Origin: Candidatus Methylomirabilota bacterium
GTDB lineage: Bacteria; Methylomirabilota; Methylomirabilia; Methylomirabilales; CSP1-5
Direction: 5' to 3'
DNA: 64,000 nucleotides
Assembly (NCBI GenBank): GCA_019456075.1
Contig: VRUN01000001.1
Span: 1,561-65,560, forward strand
Shown here: piece by piece, positions 8,875-18,602 of the stretch
Layout: each line of letters begins with the position of its first letter
Position numbering within the stretch: the stretch's first letter is position 1
The notes under the pieces: generated by a model
The model's input: only the letters and a program-made list of their open reading frames with translations
Databases searched by the model: none
What the model was told of the DNA's origin: nothing
Made by a program: the position numbers and the translations under genes

Positions 8875-9885
8875 GTGTCTGAGCCCTCCCCTCTGCAACC
8901 GACCATCTCCGCGGTCGAGCCCTCGACAGGTGTCGAGGGAGGAACCATCGTCATCGCCGGGACCGGCCTTCTGGGCAGCGGGACCCCCCCCCTGGTCTTT
9001 CTCGGCGATACTGAAGTCCGACCCTCGATCGCCTCGAACACCCGCCTGGTCCTCCGCATTCCTTCCAACGCCCGGACTGGCCCCATCACCCTGATGATCG
9101 ATGCCCAAGAGATCAGCAGTCCCTTCACTCTCGGGGAGAAGTTAGCCGTCGATCTTCACCCGGTGGCCAATCCGGTCGTGGACGCGGAGGGGATTATCTA
9201 TACCACCATCAGCGGCCGCCGGGGACAGAAGGTGTCCGCCCCCCTGGTGCGAATCACTCCCGCCGGAGCCGTGGAGCCCCTTCCTGCTGCCCCGATAAAT
9301 CCCACCGGTCTTGTGCTCCACCCGGATGGGTCTCTCTTGATCTCGAGCCGATACGAGGGATCCGTGTACCGCCTCTTCCTGCCCATCGGGGATATGGAGA
9401 TCATCGCGCAAGACTTGGGGATTGCCACGGGTCTCTGTCTGGACGCCGCCGGGGTCCTCTACATCGGAGATCGAACCGGAACCGTATACCGCCTGCCGCC
9501 AGGGGGCCGGGTAGAGCCCTTTGCCTCCCTTCCCCCCAGCGTCGCTGCCTTCCACCTGGCACCCGGCCCGGACGGCCAGCTGTTCGCCACTGCCCCCACC
9601 CTCTCGAACGAGGATGTCATCTACCGAATAAACCGGTTTGGCGATGCGGAGCCTTATTGGGGACCCCTAGAAAGACCACAAGGACTTGCCTTCGACCGGC
9701 AAGGGCGTCTCTGGGTGGCCGCCGGGATCAGAGGACAGCGAGGCATCTACCAGTTTGAGGGTCCGCGGTCTCCCCGGCTCGTGGTGACTGGGGCAAACCT
9801 TGTCGGCCTCGCGTTCGCCTCCGACGAGCAGGTCATCCTGGCCAGCACGGCTGCTATCTTCCGCGTTTCCTTTCCCCCCGAATAA
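8875..9885 (+). CDS. IPT/TIG domain + six-bladed beta-propeller (NHL/SMP-30-like) protein
   Basis: N-terminal PTISAVEPSTGVEGGTIVIAGTGL...GPITL (IPT/TIG), followed by repeated LxxDxxGxLYI-type propeller blades. Confidence 0.65.
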   Translation: MSEPSPLQPTISAVEPSTGVEGGTIVIAGTGLLGSGTPPLVFLGDTEVRPSIASNTRLVLRIPSNARTGPITLMIDAQEISSPFTLGEKLAVDLHPVANPVVDAEGIIYTTISGRRGQKVSAPLVRITPAGAVEPLPAAPINPTGLVLHPDGSLLISSRYEGSVYRLFLPIGDMEIIAQDLGIATGLCLDAAGVLYIGDRTGTVYRLPPGGRVEPFASLPPSVAAFHLAPGPDGQLFATAPTLSNEDVIYRINRFGDAEPYWGPLERPQGLAFDRQGRLWVAAGIRGQRGIYQFEGPRSPRLVVTGANLVGLAFASDEQVILASTAAIFRVSFPPE

Positions 9886-9946
9886 GCCTTCCCGAGTGTC
9901 CCCCGTCCCCGGACCTCGCTCTGGCGCCTGACGCCCCCTTTTCCCA

Positions 9947-10336
9947 TCAACCCTTCTCCAACAGGGCCACCAGCTCGATCTCTACAAGGGCCTCCAAAGG
10001 GAGCTGGGCCACCCCGACGGTTGAACGGGCTGGGCTGTGCCCCTCAAAATACGCAGCGTAAATCTGGTTCATGGCCTGGAAGTGGCTCAAGTCCGTGAGG
10101 TAGACCGTCGTCTTCACCACCTGCGTGAAGGAGCCCCCGGCGGCCTCGACCACAGCCTTAAGATTCTCCAGCACGCGTCGCGTCTGGGCCTCAATCCCCC
10201 CCTCAGCAAGTTTGCCCGTGGCCGGATCCAATCCGATCTGTCCCGCGGTAAAAAGAAACCCGTGCCCCTTCACTCCCTGCACATAGGGCCCCACCGCCTT
10301 GGGGGCCTTTTCTGTCGTCACGACCTCAAGCTTCAT
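9947..10336 (-). CDS. ridA: RidA/YjgF family reactive-intermediate deaminase
   Basis: MKLEVVTTEKAPKAVGPYVQGV...FTAGQIGLDP...PARSTVGVAQLPLEALVEIE. ATG 10336 preceded by AGGAGGGG. Confidence 0.9.
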   Translation of the reverse strand: MKLEVVTTEKAPKAVGPYVQGVKGHGFLFTAGQIGLDPATGKLAEGGIEAQTRRVLENLKAVVEAAGGSFTQVVKTTVYLTDLSHFQAMNQIYAAYFEGHSPARSTVGVAQLPLEALVEIELVALLEKG

Positions 10337-10497
10337 CGACCCCTCCTGGCCTCGTACCCCATCTGACCTCCCGCCCACTCCCGCGGGTTAAAAAACAGGG
10401 CCGTGGCCTCCTCGCTCATCACGGACCACGACCCAGGGGACTTCCCCATGGAGAACGCGTACAACCCTACTTGCCCCCTCGCTTCTTGGGGCCCCGC

Positions 10498-10791
10498 TCA
10501 ATTTCGGTTACTATCCGCCCCCCTTTGAAAGAGTGCAGCCAGCTTGATCTGCTGGATCCGTTTCAGATTCACCGGCGGCAGGTGAAGAATCTTCTCGGTT
10601 ACGCCCTCGAGCTCGGGTCTTAGCCGCCGTGTCCGGGTGAAGAGGATCACCTCCGTCTCACCGAATATCCCCGTGAGCTGGGTTGGATCGGGGACCAAGT
10701 CGGCGTTGAGGAACACAGCCCGGACTCCCGCCTCTTTGGCGATGTTCCGCGCCCCCTCGATGACTGCCCTGGTGAGTTCTCCTGGCTTCAT
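10498..10791 (-). CDS. Hypothetical protein (97 aa)
   Basis: ORF only. The 3' end is uncertain: a G6 run lies just before the stop and an alternative frame continues. Confidence 0.4.
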   Translation of the reverse strand: MKPGELTRAVIEGARNIAKEAGVRAVFLNADLVPDPTQLTGIFGETEVILFTRTRRLRPELEGVTEKILHLPPVNLKRIQQIKLAALFQRGADSNRN

Positions 10792-10855
10792 AGGTCTCTT
10801 ACCCTACCATATGTCTTGAAACCCGGCAACGGGCCATCCCAGAAGGAATGAACAA

Positions 10856-12661
10856 CTACTCAGTGACGGCCTGCAGAAAATCGTGCACGGCGGCCGCAGC
10901 GTGAGAGGGGAGCCCCCCCACCTTTCGGATCTCTTCAATGCTGGCCTTCTGGATGGCCTTGAGAGAACCAAAGTGTCTCAGGAGGGCCTGCCGCCGCTTT
11001 TCCCCGACGCCAGGGATCTCCTCGAGCAGCGAGAAAAGGCTCTGCTTCCCCCGAAGCTTCTTGTGGTACGTGAGGGCGAAACGATGGGCCTCGTCCCGAA
11101 TCTGCTGGAGTAGGTTCCTGGCTCGGGACCCTTCGGGGAGTGCAATCGGCGCGGGCCGACGCGGGTGGTGAATGACTTCCTCCTCCTTGGCCAGCGCGAT
11201 GATGGGGAGATCCCGCTGCCCCAACTCCCGGGCCACCTTGCGTGCCACGTTGAGATGTCCCCGCCCCCCGTCGATGAGGATCAGATCGGGCAGGGGCCAC
11301 GCTTCCGCCCGGGCGAACCGCCGCCGCAGGACTTCTTCGAGCATGGCGTAGTCATCGGCCCCCCTCACCGTCTTGATCCGATAGCGTCTGTAGTCCGAGC
11401 GGCTGGATAAGGCATCCTGAAAGACCACCTGCGACCCGACGCCGAGCATCCCCTGGATGTTCGAGATGTCGAAGCCCTCGATCCGGTGGAGAGGATGGGG
11501 AAGGTCCAGTACATCCTGCAGTTCTTTTAGCGCGGCCGCGCGGCCAGCCGCCGATTTCATGCTCGCCATCAGGGCGATCTGGGCGTTCTGTACGGCCAGT
11601 TCGGCCAGGCGCGCCTTACGGCCCCGCCGGGGATGGTGGAATACCACGCGGTGCCCGGCCCGCTCCGAAAGCCACCGGGCAATCACATCCGCATCCTCCA
11701 CCGCGTGCGACGTGAGGACCTCAAGGGGGACGGTGCGTCGTCGGAGATAGAATTGCCTGATCAAGGCATCCAGGAGGTCTCCCGGCCCGCGGGCGAGTCC
11801 CTCACCAACGGTGAAGGATTCCCGGCCGACGAGTCGTCCGCGGCGGATGAGGAGGACTTGGACATTCGCCTCGCCGCCTTCAATACTCACCCCAAAGATG
11901 TCCTGCTCCCCACCACCTGGCGAGAAAACCTTCTGCCCGGCCACCGCTTCCCGCAAGGTGAAGAGTTGATCCCGAAACTTGGCCGCCCGCTCGAACTCGA
12001 GTTTCTCCGCCGCCTGGCGCATACTCCCGTCGATCTGCTTGGCCAGCTCCCGGTCCCGGCCCTCGAGGACCAGGCGGACACGCTCCACTACCTGATCATA
12101 CTCCGCCGTGCTCACCGATCCCTCGCACGGACCGAGACAACGGCCCAGGTGGTAGTCCAGGCAGTGCCGGCGTCCTCTGATATCGGTACACTTCCGTAAG
12201 GGGAACGTCCTGTTGACCAGGTGGAGGAGTTGCCACATCGTGGCGGCAGGAACATAGGGACCGAAGTAGAGGGCCTTGTCTTCTTTCACCTGCCGGACCA
12301 CCTGCAGACGCGGCCAGGGATCCTGGAGGTCGAGCTTGAGGAAGGGGTAATGCTTGTCATCTTTGAGCACAATGTTATATCTGGGCTGACACTCCTTGAC
12401 GAGATTCGACTCCAAGATGAGGGCCTCGAGCTCATTGTCGGTGACGATGATCTCCAGATCTAGGACCTGAGAGAGAAGTTTCGCCATGCGCTCCGATGCC
12501 AGTTCCCGCCCCTGAAAGTACGACTGGACCCGCTTCCTGAGGGAGAGCGCCTTGCCGATGTAGAGGACTTCCCCGCGCCCCCCTTTAAAGAGATAGACCC
12601 CGGGTCGATCGGGCAAGCCCTTCACTTTCGCCGAAAGATCCATGTCTTGATCTTCGTTCAA
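10856..12661 (-). CDS. uvrC: Excinuclease ABC subunit C
   Basis: GIY-YIG N-terminus (PGVYLFKGGRGEVLYIGKA), UVR domain, endonuclease V-like domain and C-terminal (HhH)2 (IPGVGEKRRQALLRHFGSLKAI). Confidence 0.95.
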   Translation of the reverse strand: MNEDQDMDLSAKVKGLPDRPGVYLFKGGRGEVLYIGKALSLRKRVQSYFQGRELASERMAKLLSQVLDLEIIVTDNELEALILESNLVKECQPRYNIVLKDDKHYPFLKLDLQDPWPRLQVVRQVKEDKALYFGPYVPAATMWQLLHLVNRTFPLRKCTDIRGRRHCLDYHLGRCLGPCEGSVSTAEYDQVVERVRLVLEGRDRELAKQIDGSMRQAAEKLEFERAAKFRDQLFTLREAVAGQKVFSPGGGEQDIFGVSIEGGEANVQVLLIRRGRLVGRESFTVGEGLARGPGDLLDALIRQFYLRRRTVPLEVLTSHAVEDADVIARWLSERAGHRVVFHHPRRGRKARLAELAVQNAQIALMASMKSAAGRAAALKELQDVLDLPHPLHRIEGFDISNIQGMLGVGSQVVFQDALSSRSDYRRYRIKTVRGADDYAMLEEVLRRRFARAEAWPLPDLILIDGGRGHLNVARKVARELGQRDLPIIALAKEEEVIHHPRRPAPIALPEGSRARNLLQQIRDEAHRFALTYHKKLRGKQSLFSLLEEIPGVGEKRRQALLRHFGSLKAIQKASIEEIRKVGGLPSHAAAAVHDFLQAVTE

Positions 12662-12739
12662 TGCGCTGAGGGTGTCAAGCGGCAGGGGGAAAGCCAGACG
12701 GAAGCCTCCCTAGTGTAGGCCTCGGCGCCCATGAATCCC

Positions 12740-12769
12740 TTGACTCTCGTGATCGTCTCACGTTATAAG
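12740..12769 (+). promoter_or_regulatory. Sigma70-like promoter candidate for the proC operon
   Basis: TTGACT (12740-12745), 18-nt spacer, TATAAG (12764-12769), about 25 nt before the GTG start. Confidence 0.35.
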
Positions 12770-12791
12770 TCAGGGCATTGGAGGGACATCG

Positions 12792-13613
12792 GTGACGGCA
12801 CTGCAAGACAAACGGATCGCGTTCATCGGCGCTGGGAACATGGGCGAGGCCTTGATCAAAGGCCTCCTCCAGGCAGGGAGGGTTCGCCCGGAACAGCTGA
12901 TTGCGACCGACGTCCGAAAGAATCGGCTCGAGGCGATCCGCAAGGCGTATCAGATTGAAACCATCATCAACAATCGGGAGGCGGTCACCAAGGCTCAGAT
13001 CCTGATCCTTGCGGTCAAGCCCCAGGTGATGGATGAAGTCCTGGTCGAGCTCCGTGGTGCCGTGGCAGAGGATCATCTCCTCCTCTCTGTCGCCGCTGGG
13101 ATCCGAACCGCCTTCATCGAAGCCAGATTTTCCCAACCGACCCGGGTTGTCCGCATCATGCCCAACACGCCAGCCCTCGTCTTGGATGGCGCGAGCGCCA
13201 TCGCGCCGGGACATCACGCCACCACAGAGGATCTCGAGGTCGCGCGGCAGATCTTCCAGGCCGTCGGTCGGGTGGTTGACATCGAGGAAAAGTTCATGGA
13301 TGCCGTGACCGGCTTGAGCGGGAGCGGCCCAGCCTACATCTTTGTCGTAATCGAGGCACTCTCGGATGCTGGGGTCCAGATGGGCCTCTCTCGAGACGTC
13401 GCCACGCTGCTCGCGGCCCAAACGGTCCTGGGAGCAGCCCGCATGGTTCTCGAGACCGGAGAACACCCGGCGACGCTCAGGGATACCGTCACCTCGCCCG
13501 GCGGGACTACCATCGCCGGGCTCCACGTCTTGGAAGAGGCAGGGTTCCGCGGAACCCTCATGTCCGCGGTCGAAGCGGCGACCCGGCGCTCCTGCGAGCT
13601 CGGAAAGGGTTAG
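12792..13613 (+). CDS. proC: Pyrroline-5-carboxylate reductase
   Basis: IAFIGAGNMGEALIKGLL Rossmann motif plus C-terminal ...VTSPGGTTIAGLHVLEE... signature. Confidence 0.93.
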   Translation: MTALQDKRIAFIGAGNMGEALIKGLLQAGRVRPEQLIATDVRKNRLEAIRKAYQIETIINNREAVTKAQILILAVKPQVMDEVLVELRGAVAEDHLLLSVAAGIRTAFIEARFSQPTRVVRIMPNTPALVLDGASAIAPGHHATTEDLEVARQIFQAVGRVVDIEEKFMDAVTGLSGSGPAYIFVVIEALSDAGVQMGLSRDVATLLAAQTVLGAARMVLETGEHPATLRDTVTSPGGTTIAGLHVLEEAGFRGTLMSAVEAATRRSCELGKG

Positions 13614-13616
13614 GCC

Positions 13617-13913
13617 ATGTTCGTCTTCGCCAACTTGCTGAGTGCGCTCGCGCAACTGTTGGGCATTGCCCTCAACATCTATATGTGGATCATCATCATT
13701 CGGGCCCTCATCTCTTGGGTCGCCCCGGACCCGTATAACCCGATCGTCCAGTTGCTCTACCGCGCGACCGAGCCGGTCCTGCGACCGGTTCGCCGGTTCC
13801 TGCCCGTGGCCTGGGGGATTGACTTCTCGCCTGTGGTCGTGATCCTCGGGATCATCTTCCTGGAACAATTCCTCGTCGCCTCCCTGCGGGATCTGGCGTG
13901 GAGGCTCCGATGA
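13617..13913 (+). CDS. yggT: YggT family membrane protein
   Basis: LNIYMWIIIIRALISWVAPDPYNPIVQLLYRATEPVLRPVRRFLP. Confidence 0.85.
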   Translation: MFVFANLLSALAQLLGIALNIYMWIIIIRALISWVAPDPYNPIVQLLYRATEPVLRPVRRFLPVAWGIDFSPVVVILGIIFLEQFLVASLRDLAWRLR

Positions 13914-14407
13914 CGGATCTGACGCCTATCGATATCACCCAGCGGGAATTTACGCGGAGTTTCCGTGGACTGGATCCGGTCGAGGTCAAGAGCTTTCTGG
14001 ACACGGTTGCCGAGGAGCTCCAGCGCCTGCTGAAAGCGAATGTCTCTCAGGAGGAGCGGATCCGGAATCTTGAGATCCGACTCCAGATGCATCAGCAGCG
14101 GGAGAGGGAAGTCAATGAGGCCCTTTTCGCTGTCCAGCGCATGGCAGACGAGATGAAGGACAAATCCCGCAAGGAATCCGAGCTGATCCTCAAAGACGCT
14201 GAGATCAAGGCACAAAAACTCCTCGAGCACGCCCACCTGATGTTAGGCCAAATGCAGGCAAAGATTGGCGACCTGAAGCGGCAGAAGGCCCTCTTCGAGG
14301 GGAGGATCCGGGCGGCCATCAAGCTCCATCAGGATCTGCTGGCCGCCGAGGCGGCCGAGGATATGAGTGGACCCATCGACCCTAAACCTCCATACGCGGG
14401 GGGCTGA
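13910..14407 (+). CDS. DivIVA domain protein
   Basis: MTDLTPIDITQREFTRSFRGLDPVEVKSFLDTVAEEL, then coiled coil. ATG 13910 overlaps the yggT stop (ATGA). Confidence 0.85.
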   Translation: MTDLTPIDITQREFTRSFRGLDPVEVKSFLDTVAEELQRLLKANVSQEERIRNLEIRLQMHQQREREVNEALFAVQRMADEMKDKSRKESELILKDAEIKAQKLLEHAHLMLGQMQAKIGDLKRQKALFEGRIRAAIKLHQDLLAAEAAEDMSGPIDPKPPYAGG

Positions 14408-14675
14408 CCTTCTCCTTTCCGTTCTCGTCAAGCCGGGGGCCCGGCGGGATGAGATCATTGGGGTTCAGGAGGGGTTCCTGAAAGTTTCCGTCAGTGCCCC
14501 ACCCGTGGAGGGCAAGGCCAACGCCGCCTGCCGCCGCCTGCTCGCCGACGTCTTGAGGGTTCCCATCAGCCGCGTCGAGGTCGTTGCTGGATCGAACACC
14601 CCCCGTAAGCGCATCCGGATTCGAAATGCCGACCTCGCCACCCTCAGGGCGCGCCTTGCCTCCTTCCTGAAATAG
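14367..14675 (+). CDS. DUF167 (YggU) family protein
   Basis: LSVLVKPGARRDEIIGVQEGFLKVSVSAPPVEGKANAACRRLLADVLRVP. Confidence 0.8.
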   Translation: MDPSTLNLHTRGADLLLSVLVKPGARRDEIIGVQEGFLKVSVSAPPVEGKANAACRRLLADVLRVPISRVEVVAGSNTPRKRIRIRNADLATLRARLASFLK

Positions 14676-14690
14676 CAGCTATCAGCAGCC

Positions 14691-14793
14691 GGCAATCAAC
14701 TATCAGTGCGAAGAATTTCGGATTTGGGATTGCGAATTGGGGATTGTGTGGGAAAGCCGGTGGATTTTCAAATTCGAAATGAGTTGATAGCCG
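14691..14793. repeat. Nested imperfect inverted repeat (about 100 nt structured element) in a convergent intergenic region
   Basis: Outer arms GGCAATCAACT (14691-) / AGTTGATAGCC (-14793). Inner arms ATTTCGGATTT (14715-14725) / AAATTCGAAAT (14770-14780; 10 Watson-Crick pairs + 1 G-U). AT-richer centre with GATTGGGG-like repeats. Confidence 0.4.
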
Positions 14794-14819
14794 ACGGCGG
14801 ACAGCCGACTGCCGTTTTT
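14794..14819 (+). terminator. Candidate intrinsic terminator of the proC-yggT-divIVA-yggU operon
   Basis: Stem CGGCGG (14795-14800) / CTGCCG (14809-14814), 8-nt loop, then TTTTT (14815-14819). Confidence 0.45.
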
Positions 14820-14821
14820 CG

Positions 14822-16471
14822 CTAGCTCCCCAGTGAGGGCCGCCGGGTGTGCCACGCACTCGCCTGCTGGTAGGCATACGCCCCTCGAAGCAGTGTCGCC
14901 TCATCGAAGGGTTGCCCGATCAACTGGAGACCCACGGGAAGCCCGTCGGCATCCGAACCGCAAGGGAGAGAGATGGCGGGAAGCCCCGTCAGATTCACAA
15001 AGCTGGTACAGCGGGTGAGGGTGGGCTGGACTCTTTTCTCGACCCCGTGAATCGTGAGGGTCTGGTCACCGATAGGGGGGGCGACCACGGGGAGGGTCGG
15101 CGTGATCAAGAGGTCTACCCGTCGGAAGACTGCGGCAAGCTCTTGCATGAGCAGCCGACGCCCCTGTTGGGCCCGGACATACTGAGGGGCCGTGATGAAT
15201 TCTCCAAGTTCTAGGCGCCGTCGAACATCCAGTCCGAGCTCGCGGCCGCGGGTCCTGAGGAGCCGAGCGTGGTTCGCGCTCGCCTCGGTCGCGAGGGTTA
15301 TATACTGGATGGCGGGCGCATGCCGGAGGAAGGGGACCGAGACCTCTTCAACTCTCGCCCCCACACTCTCCATAGTCTGGAGCGCTTCCCGGACCGCCGC
15401 CATCACCGAGGGATCGACCTCTGCCGGATCGGTGAAGAACGCACTGACCAGTCCGATTCTGAGCCCCTTCAGATCACCCCCCAACAACCGAGCGTAGTCG
15501 GGAACCGGCAGCGCACTTGTGGTGACGTCTCGTGAATCCTCGCCGGCCAAGACCTGGAGCATCAAGGCCGCATCCTCGACTGTTCTCGTGATCGGGCCGA
15601 CATGATCCAAGGACCAGGCCAAGGGGAGGATGCCGTTACGGCTCACCCGACCGTATGTCGGCTTCAAGCCCACGACCCCACAGCAGGATGCCGGGATCCG
15701 GATCGAACCCCCGGTGTCGGTCCCCAGGGAGGCGAGACAGAGGGACGCAGCCACCGCCGCGGCAGAGCCTCCGCTACTTCCTCCCGAGATCCGGTTGAGG
15801 TTCCAGGGATTTCGCACCGGTCCGAAATGCGGGTTCTCATTGGTGACGCCATACGCGAGCTCGTGGAGGTTGAGCTTTCCCAAGAGGATCGCGCCTGCCT
15901 CCTTGAGACGGTGAATGACTGTCGCGTCCTCCTGGGGGACAAAATCTGCCAGGACCCGGGCCCCCGCAGTAGTGGGAAGTCCTGCCGTGAAGAAGAGATC
16001 CTTGACCGCGACAGGAACGCCGTGCAGCGGCCCGACAGGGCGCCCGCGCGCGAGGGCATCCTCTGCCTTCCGCGCTTGCTGAACCGCCTGCTCAGGATAC
16101 CAAGCAATATACGCATTCAGGGTCTTGCCGTATGCGTCGATCCGGTCCACCATCGCCTGGACCAGTTCGACAGGTGAAAGCTCCCGTCGGCGAATGCGGT
16201 CGGCCGCCGCGGTGAGAGATATCTCGGAGATCTCGTCGTCCCTGGGGTCAAGTCCTGCTCTCCCCCGCGTCCGTTCTCGCGAGGCCAGCTCCCACCCCCC
16301 GTGCAGGAAGCCGAGGGCCGGCTCCACCGCGTTCAGCTCCGCCTCGTCGAGGGCGGCAAGGGCATCCTCACCGACTTCATATGCCTTCTGCCAGGCCTCC
16401 CAATCTTCCTCCCCACTGGGCAGGCGTCTCGCCTCTGCCAGCACTCGGAACAGTTCTGGACGGACGGACAT
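14822..16471 (-). CDS. Amidase-signature family amidase (GatA-like)
   Basis: GGSSGGSAAAVAASLCLASLGTDTGGSIRIPASCCGVVGLKPTYG amidase signature; 549 aa. Confidence 0.85.
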   Translation of the reverse strand: MSVRPELFRVLAEARRLPSGEEDWEAWQKAYEVGEDALAALDEAELNAVEPALGFLHGGWELASRERTRGRAGLDPRDDEISEISLTAAADRIRRRELSPVELVQAMVDRIDAYGKTLNAYIAWYPEQAVQQARKAEDALARGRPVGPLHGVPVAVKDLFFTAGLPTTAGARVLADFVPQEDATVIHRLKEAGAILLGKLNLHELAYGVTNENPHFGPVRNPWNLNRISGGSSGGSAAAVAASLCLASLGTDTGGSIRIPASCCGVVGLKPTYGRVSRNGILPLAWSLDHVGPITRTVEDAALMLQVLAGEDSRDVTTSALPVPDYARLLGGDLKGLRIGLVSAFFTDPAEVDPSVMAAVREALQTMESVGARVEEVSVPFLRHAPAIQYITLATEASANHARLLRTRGRELGLDVRRRLELGEFITAPQYVRAQQGRRLLMQELAAVFRRVDLLITPTLPVVAPPIGDQTLTIHGVEKRVQPTLTRCTSFVNLTGLPAISLPCGSDADGLPVGLQLIGQPFDEATLLRGAYAYQQASAWHTRRPSLGS

Positions 16472-16496
16472 ATGGCACCTTCTCGCTCTGAAAGAC

Positions 16497-17165
16497 TTAC
16501 TCTTTTGACTCCTCCGGGACGACGGTGAACTCGAAGATGAGGGGGTAGGGTGTGGGCCCGGCGTAGAGGGAGGTAAATTGAAGGAAGAGCGCCTCGGCGT
16601 CTTTGGGAAAGGCAGGGAAGACCAGGAGTCCTTCGCGGCTCTTCTGGGGGAGAACGATGACGTAACTGACGAACACGCCCTTCAGGGCGGCCTGAAGCAG
16701 CGCCTGCCTGTCGCCAAACATGTCGTACAGGTCGGTCACACCCAACGCACCGAAGGGACGATCCTCATTGTCCTTGAGGATCGCCCCACCCGGATCAAAC
16801 GCCACCTGGTCCTTTGACCGATTCTCGATCCGAACAAAGAAGGGGGTAATCTTATCCCCCATCTCCTGAAAGGGATTCACCCTGCTGGGGCGGCTGCGGA
16901 AATACCTGTGCACCTCCTCGGGGACCAGAGGCTGCACCGCCACATTGATCGGCCCGGGCGTCGCGAAGATGGTTTGACCACTGACCGTGTACGTCGGCAG
17001 GCGGGAGGGCGCCGGACGGAGGCTCACATTCTCGGGAGGGGCGGACGCGAAATACGCACAGCCGCTCAAGACAACGGCCACACCTATCACAAAGAGCAAC
17101 CACGTGAAAAAGGGCGGGGTCGAGTTGCCCGCCCTTTCTCTCTCTCGTGAACAATGCCCAGTCAA
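16497..17165 (-). CDS. Hypothetical lipoprotein
   Basis: Hydrophobic leader ending in the lipobox-like VVLSGC. No family recognised. Confidence 0.5.
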   Translation of the reverse strand: MTGHCSRERERAGNSTPPFFTWLLFVIGVAVVLSGCAYFASAPPENVSLRPAPSRLPTYTVSGQTIFATPGPINVAVQPLVPEEVHRYFRSRPSRVNPFQEMGDKITPFFVRIENRSKDQVAFDPGGAILKDNEDRPFGALGVTDLYDMFGDRQALLQAALKGVFVSYVIVLPQKSREGLLVFPAFPKDAEALFLQFTSLYAGPTPYPLIFEFTVVPEESKE

Positions 17166-17171
17166 CGTGCT

Positions 17172-18020
17172 CTAGACCTGCAGGGCCCGGAGGCGTTTCA
17201 CCCGCTCCTCAACGGGAGGATGGGTGGAGAAGAACCGCAGGAGGCTCCTCCCCGATAGGGGATTCACAATGAAAAGATGGGACGTCGCCGGATTGGCATT
17301 CAAAGGCATGCGCTCTGCAGCCACCTGAAGTTGCTCAAGCGCCGAGGCTAGCGCATAGGGTTTCTTCGTGAGACGACCGGCCGTCGCATCCGCGAGAAAC
17401 TCCCGAGTACGGGAGATGGCCATCTGAATGACGACGGCAGCGAGGGGAGCGAGGATCGACATGACGAGAAGGCCCAGGATGCCACCCCCCTCGTCGTCGT
17501 CTCTGCCACCGACCCCCCCAAAAATGGCGGCCCACCGAGCCATGTAGGCTAGCATCATGATCACGCCGGCCAGCGTAGCGGCGATAGCGCTGACCAGGGT
17601 GTCCCGATTTTTTACATGACCTAACTCGTGGGCCACCACCCCCTCGAGCTGGTCGTAGTCCATGATCCGCAGGATCCCCTCGGTCACCGCCACGGCAGCA
17701 TGTTGCGGATTCCGACCGGTGGCAAAGGCATTAGGCGTTGCGACAGGAACGATATACACCCGAGGCATGGGGAGGTGCGCCCGCTGGCTGAGGGATCGGA
17801 CCATGCCCACCAGCTCGGGGGCCTCTGCCTCGGTCACCTCCCGGGCCCGATACATCCTCAGGACGATCTTGTCGGAATACCAGTAGGAACCAAAGTTCAT
17901 CAGGAGGGCGAAGAGGAAAGCAATGACCATCCCCTGTCTCCCCCCGAAAAAGTCTCCGAAGACAACGAGGAGGCCTGTCATGGCCCCCAAAAGTAGTACC
18001 GTCTTGAATGTGTTTCGCAC
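17172..18020 (-). CDS. htpX: Zinc metalloprotease HtpX (M48)
   Basis: [10 protein letters not shown] zinc motif, 4 TM segments, typical N-terminus [14 protein letters not shown]. Confidence 0.92.
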   Translation of the reverse strand: MRNTFKTVLLLGAMTGLLVVFGDFFGGRQGMVIAFLFALLMNFGSYWYSDKIVLRMYRAREVTEAEAPELVGMVRSLSQRAHLPMPRVYIVPVATPNAFATGRNPQHAAVAVTEGILRIMDYDQLEGVVAHELGHVKNRDTLVSAIAATLAGVIMMLAYMARWAAIFGGVGGRDDDEGGGILGLLVMSILAPLAAVVIQMAISRTREFLADATAGRLTKKPYALASALEQLQVAAERMPLNANPATSHLFIVNPLSGRSLLRFFSTHPPVEERVKRLRALQV

Positions 18021-18098
18021 GGTTGATTTCTCTCCCTGAGCAGCCTCCGTGCGCTCTGTTGAGGCCGCGAATCACCGTAAAGTATCACGTAAAGTGTG

Positions 18099-18509
18099 TC
18101 AAGGGGATTCGGCCCGCGGAGGCGCAACCCGCCGGCTCAAACCGCGCCGCCCAACCGGGACCAGGCCTGGGCTCTGCCTCCGATGGAGGAGCTCCTCCCC
18201 CACGGCCCGGAGGACTGCCTCGAAGGCCTCGGCCGTCTCCCGACGCATTTTTTCCATCTGCTCGCGCATGTTGAGGATAACCTCCACGCCTGCCAGATTC
18301 ACCCTCAGCTCATTGGTAAGACGCAGGATGAGTTCGATTCGTTCCAGGTCCTCCTGAGAATAGAGGCGGGTGTTTCCCTGGGTCCTGGCAGGTCGAATCA
18401 GCCCCTCCCGCTCGTACGTCCTGAGGGTTTGGGGGTGGACGTTAAACATCTCTGCCACGACGCTGATCATGTAGAAGGGTCTCTTCCTTTTTTTCAGCAT
18501 ATCCGCCAC
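18099..18509 (-). CDS. hspR: MerR-family heat-shock repressor HspR
   Basis: FYMISVVAEMFNVHPQTLRTYEREGLIRPARTQGNTRLYSQEDLERIELI. Last gene of the dnaK operon. Confidence 0.8.
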   Translation of the reverse strand: MADMLKKRKRPFYMISVVAEMFNVHPQTLRTYEREGLIRPARTQGNTRLYSQEDLERIELILRLTNELRVNLAGVEVILNMREQMEKMRRETAEAFEAVLRAVGEELLHRRQSPGLVPVGRRGLSRRVAPPRAESP

Positions 18510-18602
18510 CCTCCCCGGACCTATCCGGTCCGATGTCCTACGCGGCTGTCCGGCCTTTACGTGGTCCGGCCGATTGCTGACCGCCGACGGCTGACAGCTT
18601 TC

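Noticed and set aside
10336-10500. The TGA stop of the 97-aa ORF (10500-10498) is followed by 54 open in-frame codons that end in an ATGA overlap with ridA. I considered Sec/readthrough or a split gene.
   Set aside because: There is no Cys-homology argument, no convincing hairpin right after the TGA, and long open frames are common here. A G6 run just upstream makes a frameshift or alternative C-terminus equally plausible. It cannot be resolved without homologues.
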